64,000 nt of DNA from Candidatus Nomurabacteria bacterium. GTDB lineage: Bacteria; Patescibacteriota; Patescibacteriia; HK-STAS-PATE-3. Below the pieces are notes generated by a model, which was given only the letters and a program-made list of their open reading frames with translations, had not been told where the DNA came from and did no database searches. Of this stretch, positions 56,317-64,000 are shown one piece after another. The stretch covers positions 448,001 through 512,000 of the forward strand of contig CP060223.1 of the NCBI GenBank assembly GCA_023898465.1. The letters run 5' to 3'. The translations under genes were made by a program, and so were the position numbers. The stretch's first letter is position 1. Each line of letters starts with the position of its first letter.

Positions 56317-57693
56317 ATGGAACTCCAGCTATTCAACACACTGACACGACAGAAAGAAATATTTACTCAACCAGACCAGAGTCCGGTAAAAATGTATTCA
56401 TGCGGACCAACGGTGTATGGCTTCGCGCACATTGGTAATCTCCGCACCTATGTGTTTAGCGACCTCCTCCGCCGAACTCTTGAGTACAATGGTTTCAAAG
56501 TTGCCCAAGTCATGAACAGCACCGACGTTGGACATCTCACCGACGATGCTGATCAGGGAGAAGATAAAGTCGAGCAACAAGCCAAACGTGAAGCAAAAAG
56601 TGCGCTCGAGCTCACTCGTTCCTATGAGGAAGCCTTTCTTCATGATTTAGATGCCCTGCATATCGAACGCCCTACCCAATGGCTACGTGCGAGCGAACAC
56701 ATCCAAGAACAAATTGCCTTGATTCAACAACTTGAGGCAAAAGGGGTTACCTATCAGACTAGCGATGGAATTTATTATGACACCAGCACCTTCCCCCGCT
56801 ACGGCGAATTCGCCCGACTACATACGGCCGGACAACAGGAAGGCGCCCGCGTGCAAGTGAATACTGAGAAGCGTCATCCGACTGACTTTGCTCTGTGGAA
56901 GTTCAGTCCAGCTAACCAACAGCGCCAAATGGAATGGGGTTCTCCTTGGGGAGTTGGCTTCCCGGGCTGGCATCTAGAGTGTTCAGCTATGGTGATGAAA
57001 GCCTTTGGACCGACTGCTGATATTCACACCGGCGGTATTGATCATATTCCTGTCCACCATACGAATGAAATTGCCCAGAGCGAAGCAGTGACCGGCCAAG
57101 CGCTGGCCCGTTTCTGGCTGCATGGCGAATTCCTTATAATAGACGAGGGTCGTATGGGTAAATCTGAAGGAAATGCGCTTACCTTAAAAACACTGCAGGC
57201 AAAGGCCTTTGATCCTATCGCCTACCGCTTCTGGCTATTGCAAACTCATTATCGCACCAAGTTAAACTTTACCTGGGAAGCTCTCGAGGCAGCCCAGCGA
57301 GGTTGGCAAAACATGACTGCCGAAATAGAGCGTTGGGGCGCTATAGAGCCGGGACAAAGGAATGAAGATTTTGAGCAGCGCTTCCACGAAGCCATCAACA
57401 ATGATTTAGATCTGCCAAAATCTATGGCTATAACTTGGGAGTTGTTGCGCTCGGAAATACCTACCAATGATAAACTGGCCACCCTCTTAGGTTTTGATCG
57501 AGTTCTTGGACTAGGTATTGAAAGCATCCGCCCAATTACGCTGCCTGAGGAATTAAACACCTTATTACAAGAGCGCGAAACAGCCAGACAGGCAAAGGAC
57601 TGGGAAAAGGCGGATACGCTTCGTCAGCAACTTCTCGATGCTGGGTATGTAGTTGAGGATCGACCAAGCGGCGCTTTTGTCCGCCGAGCCTAA
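56317..57693 (+). CDS. cysS: Cysteine--tRNA ligase
   Basis: MELQLFNTLTRQKEIF start, HIGH motif CGPTVYGFAHIGNLRTY, zinc-site context, and KMSKS-type RMGKSEGN. Start at ATG 56317 (internal Met of the track ORF). Confidence 0.9.
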   Translation: MELQLFNTLTRQKEIFTQPDQSPVKMYSCGPTVYGFAHIGNLRTYVFSDLLRRTLEYNGFKVAQVMNSTDVGHLTDDADQGEDKVEQQAKREAKSALELTRSYEEAFLHDLDALHIERPTQWLRASEHIQEQIALIQQLEAKGVTYQTSDGIYYDTSTFPRYGEFARLHTAGQQEGARVQVNTEKRHPTDFALWKFSPANQQRQMEWGSPWGVGFPGWHLECSAMVMKAFGPTADIHTGGIDHIPVHHTNEIAQSEAVTGQALARFWLHGEFLIIDEGRMGKSEGNALTLKTLQAKAFDPIAYRFWLLQTHYRTKLNFTWEALEAAQRGWQNMTAEIERWGAIEPGQRNEDFEQRFHEAINNDLDLPKSMAITWELLRSEIPTNDKLATLLGFDRVLGLGIESIRPITLPEELNTLLQERETARQAKDWEKADTLRQQLLDAGYVVEDRPSGAFVRRA

Positions 57694-58068
57694 TTACACT
57701 GAGACAAAGCTTTTTGCATAGGTGATGGCTTCATCCATGCCGCCTTCGTATTTCACCACGTACTGATCAGCCACTTCCCTACCTGCTTGCATATCCACGC
57801 GTGAACATAGGGAGCTAAGGAGTATTAAGGGGATGTGCTTTGTACGCTGGTCAGCTTTAATGCAACGAGCAGAGGCAATTCCATTCATCACTGGCATAAC
57901 AATATCTGAAATTATCAGGTCCGGCTTTTCATTCATAACTATAGATACCGGATCAGCACTTGGGTTAGTAAAGTGTCGCACCTCAAAGCCAGCTTGGCGC
58001 AGACGCTGGCCAAACTTTTCTGCAAAAGCTGGGTCATCTTCAAAATGAAGTACTCGAGGTTTAGACAC
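57694..58068 (-). CDS. Stand-alone response-regulator receiver (CheY-like)
   Basis: VLHFEDDPAFAE, phospho-acceptor context LIISDIVMP, and a conserved K region. No output domain. Confidence 0.75.
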   Translation of the reverse strand: MSKPRVLHFEDDPAFAEKFGQRLRQAGFEVRHFTNPSADPVSIVMNEKPDLIISDIVMPVMNGIASARCIKADQRTKHIPLILLSSLCSRVDMQAGREVADQYVVKYEGGMDEAITYAKSFVSV

Positions 58069-58147
58069 AGAAGGAGTATAGCAAACTTTCTATATACTTA
58101 TGCTATAGTAAGACTGCTTAAATAATTGGATCATTTACGAGGGGAAA

Positions 58148-58834
58148 ATGAAAATACTACTCATCGAAGACAACCCAGAAATCCGTGAGTTTCTCAAGCC
58201 GGCTTTAGAAGCGGAGGCTTTTTCAGTTGATATTGCTGAGAATGGTAACATTGGTGCAAAAATGTCATGGGATCACACCTATGACTTGATTATTTTGGAC
58301 TACATGCTGCCGGATAAAAATGGCTGGGAAGTATGCCAAGAAATAAGAAATCGTGGAAATAAGGTACCTATTCTCGCACTTTCGGTGGTAAATGATACCG
58401 AAAAGAAAGTAGAATTTCTCAACTCAGGCGCTGATGACTATCTCACGAAACCTTTTTCCTTTAATGAATTATTAGCCAGAATTAGGGCACTTTTGCGTCG
58501 ACCCGATACTTTTGTGCACAATACACTGGCCGTTGGTGACCTTGAAATGGATCTCATTCAGCAAACAGTACGATGTGGGGGCCAAGAAGTATATCTAACT
58601 CGCAAAGAGTTTGAATTATTGGAGTATTTAATGCGAAACCCAGATCGTCCTTTATCCCGAGGAATGATTATTGAGCATGTCTGGGATATGGCAATTAATA
58701 CTTTTTCAAACACAATAGAAACGCATATTTTCAATTTGCGTCGGAAGCTCAATGAAAAAGCTTCGCGACAAATAATCGAAACACTCCCGGGTCGAGGTTA
58801 TAAAATAAGTTCAGTTTCCAAAATCACTTCTTAA
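58148..58834 (+). CDS. OmpR/PhoB-family response regulator
   Basis: Receiver domain (KILLIEDNPEI...LIILDYMLPDKNG...ADDYLTKPF), then a winged-helix domain (LTRKEFELLEYLMRNPDRPLSRGMI...LPGRGYKI). Confidence 0.85.
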   Translation: MKILLIEDNPEIREFLKPALEAEAFSVDIAENGNIGAKMSWDHTYDLIILDYMLPDKNGWEVCQEIRNRGNKVPILALSVVNDTEKKVEFLNSGADDYLTKPFSFNELLARIRALLRRPDTFVHNTLAVGDLEMDLIQQTVRCGGQEVYLTRKEFELLEYLMRNPDRPLSRGMIIEHVWDMAINTFSNTIETHIFNLRRKLNEKASRQIIETLPGRGYKISSVSKITS

Positions 58835-59051
58835 GATAAAGTTAAGCAATTCTTTATCTCACCTGCTCTATAGTACATGTGCGCCTTGCTGGTCGACATT
58901 GCGCAGTAGTACAAATTTAATAGGAATAAGCCACATGAGCACCTTACTGGAGCAAATGCTCAACCAAGTTGAGACGCGGGGGGAATTGCAGAGCACCGAA
59001 ATTGCTCTGCAGCAAAGTGAGTTCCAGCCCTGGTCTCCCTGATAGCGCAAA

Positions 59052-60506
59052 ATGAACGCTCCGACGCCTCAGTTTGGAAACGGCTTTTTTTCAAAACCGA
59101 ACTACCCGCGTAAGGGCGTTCATTTTTTTCGTCTGCTTTTTGCACTTAAATCCATTGATGAGGATAAGCGTCGTAAGGAATTTATTCTCCTTATTATTCT
59201 GACGACCTCCATACTTATTGTCCTAGCGCTGAATCTCAGCGTACTTATTCGATTACTGCAAAGCCCTGACTTCACCGATCTGCGAGTTGCCGTCCCTTTC
59301 ATCATACTTCTCGCCTTTGTTTTTCTCTTCTGGTTAATGAAAAAACAACACATTACGATTACATCGTACATTGTCGTTGGAGTATATTTCTTCAGTATAA
59401 GCTTTGCTGCTTATACTTGGGGTATTGATTTGCCGGCCGCACTACTGAGTTTTGGTGTCCTCCTTTTTATTTCCGGAATGCTTATTTCAGCTCGCTTTGG
59501 TATTGGCTTGGCTATTGCCACTGCGGCTATCTTGATTTATTTTGCGTATCTGGAAGAGCACGGTATACACACACCGGACCGAGCCTGGATACAACAAGGG
59601 ATACGAGTAAGCGATGCCATAAATTTTTCTATCATACTGCTCTTTTTAACTGTGATCTCATGGCTGGCTAACTCCCAAATCAATAAATCTTTGCAACGCG
59701 CTCGATATTCTGAGGAAGCCCTGAAACAAGAGAAAGACCTACTAGAAATTACGGTACAAAATCGCACAAAGGCTTTGCGAAAAATTGAGCTACAAAAAAT
59801 ATCCGAGCTGTCTCAATTTGCTGAATTTGGCCGACTAGCAGCAGGACTGTTTCATGATCTCATTAATCCACTTAATGGCCTGCTCTTAAATATCCATCGC
59901 CTCTAACAAAGTGATGAAGCAAAGCAAGGAGACACACAAGAACGTATACAGCAAGCCGTAAAAGTAGGAGCTAAATTACAAGAATTTATTCAAAGGATTA
60001 AAAAGCAAATTAGTCGGGAACAAAGCCATGAAATATTTTTCCCAGCAAATGAGATTAGCGATGTTATCGAGCTACTGCGATACCAAAGCACTGAAGCAAA
60101 GGTGCATATCGCCTGCGTGACCACTAGAGAAATTTCCATTTATGGCTCCCCTCTCCTGTTTAGACAGCTCATACTCAATCTCCTAACCAACGCGATTGAG
60201 GCGTATCAAGGAACTGAGCAAAAAGATAAAACTGTACTCATCACACTTCATGCAGATAATGCAAATAATGAACTGAGCGTCCGAGATCATGGAGTTGGTA
60301 TCCCGAAAGATAAGCTCTATAAAATATTTGAGCCATTTTATACGACCAAGCCTAGTGATACTGGGATAGGCATTGGACTATCCACCGTTAAAAGTATTGT
60401 TGAGCAAGAATTGGGAGGAAGTATTAAGGTGCAAAGCGGCGAATATACAACCTTTACCATTCGTTGGCCTCAAAACTCTTCACCGACGCGACATGGAGAA
60501 CACTAA
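59052..60506 (+). pseudogene. Sensor histidine kinase interrupted by a single in-frame TAA
   Basis: TM sensor region and H-box ...AAGLFHDLINPLNGLLLNIHRL, then TAA at 59904-59906. The same frame continues QSDEAKQGDTQERIQQAVKVGAKLQEF...VHIACV into the HATPase_c domain (N-box NLLTNAIEA, DHGVGIP, G-boxes GIGIGLS) of track ORF 60102-60506. Confidence 0.6.
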
Positions 60507-62439
60507 TGCGCAGATCATCAAACAAGGACTACGTTACCTACAAAACATACAAACAAAAGAAGGGGGCTTCCTCAGTCAATCAAGCCCACTAAGCGAAAAA
60601 AATCCCAGGGGAATTCCGCGCCTCACGAGTTTTTTTACTTCACATGTACTTTTTTGCCTTGCTCAACTTCGCGAGTACACTGAAACAGAACTCATCATTA
60701 AGAAAGCCGAGCATTTTTTACGTTCACAAATTAACGCGCAGGGTTCATTTAATTACTGGAATAGAACAAGTACAGAGGCTACACAAATCCCCTATCCGGA
60801 TGACCTCGATGATACGATATGTGGATGGAATGCGCTCCATCTACTTCACACCGACGGTCTAAGCGGCGCTGAGTTGGCCAAGCTCACTCAACTCCTTATT
60901 CATCAGGAAGAGCAACCCGGCGGACCCTACCGCACCTGGCTACTGAATTCTCACTCCCCTGATGGTGAATGGTCAGATACTGATTTGGCAGTCAATGCAC
61001 ATATCGCCCGCCTTTTACGTTACCTCGGAGTAAAAACACCGCGCCTAGATGCTTTTTTAGAAAATGCATTGCGACAGGAAGTTCTCCTCTCGCGATATTA
61101 TCCTAGCTCCTTCCCAATCCTCTATGCGCTCTCCTATCGTAGCCCTCAAAAACATTCAAGCTTTATTCTACGTCATATCAAGAAGCTCCAACTCCCTGAC
61201 GGCACCTGGGGTAATCCATTACATAACGCTTTAGCTATTGAAACGCTGAGGGAGCTTGGCATTCGAGAAAATGAATTCGATAGCACTCGTGCGCAACAGT
61301 CCTTACGGGAAGCTCAAGAAAAAGGAGCTTGGCCAGCCATTGCTTATTGTATTGATCCCTGCTTCGAGGGCGAACAAATGATTGCTCGATCGAGCGCCCT
61401 TACAACCGCATACTGCCTACTTGCACTACATCAAAAAGAGAAAAAATCTCCTGTAACTATCGCAAAGGCAAATGAAAGCGAGGCGCGCTTTCTGCATGAC
61501 GTCCATCAAATTCTTTCTTATAAAATTACTAGTCTTGCGCCAGAGTTACAAGATCAGGGTAAGCAAACAATACTGCACTTTATTGAAAAAAAAGAAAACG
61601 CACATATCGCACTCCTCTCTTTACTAAGTTACCGAGCACTTTCCTCAAATATACTTAGATCCGACTATGAGTATCTGCTACGTCTCGCAATAAATAATAT
61701 CTATGGATGGATTGCCTATGGCATTTACGATCACATTCTCGATGAAAAAGATCTCATTGAGAAGCTACCTCTCGCCAATGTTTTACTCCGCACTCTTCAA
61801 TCAGAATACACTAAGCTTTTGCAATATATCCCGGGAGGTATTACTTATCTCGAAAACACTCTTAATGCCATAGACGCGGCTAATGCATGGGAAATTGACC
61901 ATTGCCGACTACACGTTAATGAAAAAAAACTTAAGCTACCCCAACACTTGCCTGCATTTAAGGATCTTTCGCAGCTAGCACAAAAAAGCTTTGGACATGC
62001 ACTACCAGCAATAACGGTATTTGCGCTCCACGGCTATAGCTTAGAAGAAGCTCCCCTTCAACATTTGCAAAACTTTTTTAAACACTTCCTCATAGCACGT
62101 CAGTTAAACGATGATGCACATGACTGGCTTACTGACTTAACAAAAGGAAGAATCACGCCAGCCAACCTGCGGGTGATTAAAAAAATATCAACTAAAGAAA
62201 TTAACTTTCAAGAGGATCTTACAAAACTAAAAAAAATGTATTGGGAAGAATGTATCAATGATATTAGTCAAGAAATTCTTCAGCATATTGCTGAAGCAAA
62301 AAATGAGCTTGGACAAATTAATATAGCAAATCCTGAGTACCTCAGCTCACTTCTTCACTCCTCGGAAACTGCAGCTAAAGAGGCAAAAAAACAAAGTAAG
62401 CAAATACTAGGCTTTCTAAAAAACTTTCATCCAGCCTAG
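60493..62439 (+). CDS. Squalene-cyclase/prenyltransferase-repeat-like alpha/alpha-toroid protein with DxDDT motif and C-terminal domain of unknown function
   Basis: Start at ATG 60493 (MENTNAQIIKQGLRYLQNIQTKEGGF). QxxxG(F/W)-type repeats (QNIQTKEGGF, QINAQGSFNYW, QLPDGTWG) and PDDLDDTICGWNAL (DxDDT, 60799-60816). Confidence 0.5.
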   Translation: MENTNAQIIKQGLRYLQNIQTKEGGFLSQSSPLSEKNPRGIPRLTSFFTSHVLFCLAQLREYTETELIIKKAEHFLRSQINAQGSFNYWNRTSTEATQIPYPDDLDDTICGWNALHLLHTDGLSGAELAKLTQLLIHQEEQPGGPYRTWLLNSHSPDGEWSDTDLAVNAHIARLLRYLGVKTPRLDAFLENALRQEVLLSRYYPSSFPILYALSYRSPQKHSSFILRHIKKLQLPDGTWGNPLHNALAIETLRELGIRENEFDSTRAQQSLREAQEKGAWPAIAYCIDPCFEGEQMIARSSALTTAYCLLALHQKEKKSPVTIAKANESEARFLHDVHQILSYKITSLAPELQDQGKQTILHFIEKKENAHIALLSLLSYRALSSNILRSDYEYLLRLAINNIYGWIAYGIYDHILDEKDLIEKLPLANVLLRTLQSEYTKLLQYIPGGITYLENTLNAIDAANAWEIDHCRLHVNEKKLKLPQHLPAFKDLSQLAQKSFGHALPAITVFALHGYSLEEAPLQHLQNFFKHFLIARQLNDDAHDWLTDLTKGRITPANLRVIKKISTKEINFQEDLTKLKKMYWEECINDISQEILQHIAEAKNELGQINIANPEYLSSLLHSSETAAKEAKKQSKQILGFLKNFHPA

Positions 62440-62463
62440 AACTGTGAAAACTTCCTGGCGCTC

Positions 62464-63108
62464 TTAATTTTTCACGCTAATCCCGCCAAACATAGCCGTA
62501 CCCTGAATTGTCAGAGTCTTGCTCGCATTTGGATCGGGTTGTGATTTATCCTCTGAGCCACCTAAGATCGGTGTTACATTCATCACCACCCGCACATTTT
62601 TTGGCACAATAATATCAATACCAGCAAAACTGGCTGATGCGTTCAGGACTGATTGCTCAGCCAAATCTGCTTCGCGAAAATCTAACTTAATGCCACCGAA
62701 CCAGGCTGAGCTTTGTCCTTCCTTAAAATGACCAGTCACTTTGCGTTCTATACCGCTAAATACCACGCTTGCATCAGCTGACCCTTGATCCTCCTTCATC
62801 CTTCCATCCCATTGCTTTCCCATGACGATCCGGGCACCAAAGACAATGATAATGATTGGCCAGAATAAGGTCCAGGCAGATTTCGCAAAGAGATCGAGTT
62901 GATCAATAAACAATAATAAGCCAACTAAAATAATGAGGGCCGGACCAAACCACATGCGACGATTATTATTCAATGCGTAAAAACCTACTGCGATTATTGC
63001 CAAGGACCACCAAAAATTTGGTAGATTGTCTGCCCAAGCAAGATCAAGCTGCTGCAGGAGAAAACCCAAGCCTAATAAAATCAAGAAAAAACCTATAAGT
63101 TTGCGCAT
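62464..63108 (-). CDS. LiaF-like/DUF2154-type stress-response membrane protein (tentative)
   Basis: Four N-terminal TM helices, then a beta-rich C-terminal domain (VVFSGIERKV...GGIKLDF...FAGIDIIVPKNVRV...MFGGISVKN). Confidence 0.4.
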   Translation of the reverse strand: MRKLIGFFLILLGLGFLLQQLDLAWADNLPNFWWSLAIIAVGFYALNNNRRMWFGPALIILVGLLLFIDQLDLFAKSAWTLFWPIIIIVFGARIVMGKQWDGRMKEDQGSADASVVFSGIERKVTGHFKEGQSSAWFGGIKLDFREADLAEQSVLNASASFAGIDIIVPKNVRVVMNVTPILGGSEDKSQPDPNASKTLTIQGTAMFGGISVKN

Positions 63109-63162
63109 ACTACATCCATTAAGATTCTGATACTATAAGCATACACCTCTCAGTACAGCTGT

Positions 63163-63825
63163 CTATAGGGTATCAAGATGCCGGTTCTGTCGAAACCATT
63201 GCTTCTGTAGCTGGTAATTCGGCAAAATACTGGCGACCCGCTGCCAAAATTTCTTGCTGTGATTATGCTCAAGTAGATGGGCTAACTCATGTACGAGCAC
63301 ATAATCAATTGCTTCGGAGGGTAATAAGATAAGACGCCAGCTCAAAGCGATATTTCCACCCAGACTGCAGGAACCCCAGCGTGTTTTAGCGCTGCTCAAA
63401 CGAAGTTTTTTATACTTTAAGCCGGTCCGCTCGCTCCATTCCTGAATTCGTGAAAAAAGATATTCTCGCGCCTCTCTCTTGTACCATTCGTGCACTAGTT
63501 TTTTTGCCTGAAGTCTTTTTTGTGTTGGTAGAAGCAAAACATCATCTCGGAGAGTTGCTTTTTTTATTGAGGAAAAATGTAGGGTAAATATTTTACCTTT
63601 ATAGTTAAAACGCTCCCCTTCTTGATATTGTTTTACTTTTCTCGGTCCACCGTTCTTTCTTATCCGTTGGAGATGCTGCTCAATCCAGGTCGACTTCTGT
63701 CGTAGGAGTTCTTCGATTTTTTCTACCGGGAATTGAAGAGGAGCTCGGATCAGCAATTGCGCTTCGGGCGTAATCAATACTGCCACACTTCTTCGGCGTG
63801 ACCGAATAAGGCGATACGTATGCAT
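63163..63825 (-). CDS. YgjP/DUF45-family (M48-like) metal-dependent hydrolase
   Basis: C-terminal HExxH motif in YVLVHELAHLLEHNHSKKFW and the typical ~220-aa length. Confidence 0.7.
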   Translation of the reverse strand: MHTYRLIRSRRRSVAVLITPEAQLLIRAPLQFPVEKIEELLRQKSTWIEQHLQRIRKNGGPRKVKQYQEGERFNYKGKIFTLHFSSIKKATLRDDVLLLPTQKRLQAKKLVHEWYKREAREYLFSRIQEWSERTGLKYKKLRLSSAKTRWGSCSLGGNIALSWRLILLPSEAIDYVLVHELAHLLEHNHSKKFWQRVASILPNYQLQKQWFRQNRHLDTL

Positions 63826-64000
63826 TTATTTCCCGGACTTTACTTTTAACTCACGCAAACGATGAGTAAGTAGCTGACGGAGTAGACTAAGAGGAATCTT
63901 GGAATCGAAAGGAAACTGTAGTGTGGCTTTACCTGTTTGATACGGTGCGAGTTTCTTTGCCCATTTTGAATCAGAACGCATGCTCGACATAACAAAGAAG
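63826..64000 (-). CDS. Partial CDS (C-terminal fragment), DUF1801/YdhG-like tentative; N-terminus beyond window end
   Basis: rc translation ...MSSMRSDSKWAKKLAPYQTGKATLQFPFDSKIPLSLLRQLLTHRLRELKVKSGK ends at TAA (rc of 63826-63828). It is absent from the ORF track because it is open at the window edge. Confidence 0.3.
   Translation of the reverse strand, partial: FFVMSSMRSDSKWAKKLAPYQTGKATLQFPFDSKIPLSLLRQLLTHRLRELKVKSGK

Overview
This 64-kb window is a low-GC (~40%) bacterial chromosome fragment with tightly packed operons. It carries housekeeping anchors metK, dnaX, cysS and a tRNA-Gln(CUG), so it is chromosomal rather than plasmid or phage. Gene content fits an uncultivated small-genome lineage (possibly CPR/Patescibacteria-like), but taxonomy cannot be fixed from sequence alone.

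(1) 1-8.3 kb: three intact GT4 glycosyltransferases and a polytopic membrane protein, followed by a decayed block (GT4, DUF2304, GtrB-like GT2, Wzx flippase). Every gene in that block is broken by frameshifts.

(2) 8.3-12.4 kb: a compositionally distinct GC-rich (~50-55%) three-gene cassette of secreted proteins. It encodes a small protein with a T9SS-type C-terminal sorting domain, a tail-fiber-like repeat protein, and an M23 peptidase with Fn3/lectin-like C-terminal domains. A TTGACA promoter and an intrinsic terminator bracket it.

(3) 14.2-39.7 kb: a ~25-kb glycan biosynthesis/modification locus on two convergent super-operons. It contains three SDR epimerase/decarboxylases, a UDP-sugar dehydrogenase, metK embedded among them, GtrA and two GtrB/DPM-like GT2s, further GT2 and GT4 genes, a fused ABC exporter, two FkbM methyltransferases plus a class I methyltransferase, a DegT aminotransferase, WbqC, an ATP-grasp-HAD fusion, two tandem beta-propeller glycosidase-like paralogs, a sulfotransferase, and two paralogous large GT-C-like membrane proteins.

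(4) 39.7-45.9 kb, same minus-strand operon: a secreted S8 subtilase with a C-terminal FG-GAP beta-propeller, an HtrA-like PDZ protease, a membrane protein, and two tandem membrane-anchored proteins with S/T/N-rich linkers and thrombospondin-type-3-like Ca-binding repeats.

(5) 46-54.5 kb: an eRF1/host-attachment-like hypothetical, tRNA-Gln, dnaX, a methyltransferase, a frameshifted FtsK/HerA-superfamily T4SS-type ATPase (VirB4/VirD4-like) with an acidic partner and a pilin-sized ORF, and a membrane-anchored Clp D1-only AAA+ ATPase.

(6) 54.9-56.3 kb: a second GC-rich islet with two lipoproteins, flanked by a hairpin-dense noncoding stretch and a perfect 24-bp palindrome just upstream of cysS.

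(7) 57.7-64 kb: an orphan receiver, an OmpR-family regulator, a histidine kinase interrupted by one in-frame TAA, a DxDDT-motif squalene-cyclase-like alpha/alpha-toroid protein, a LiaF-like membrane protein, a DUF45/M48 hydrolase and a partial gene.

I saw no CRISPR array, rRNA, integrase or transposase.
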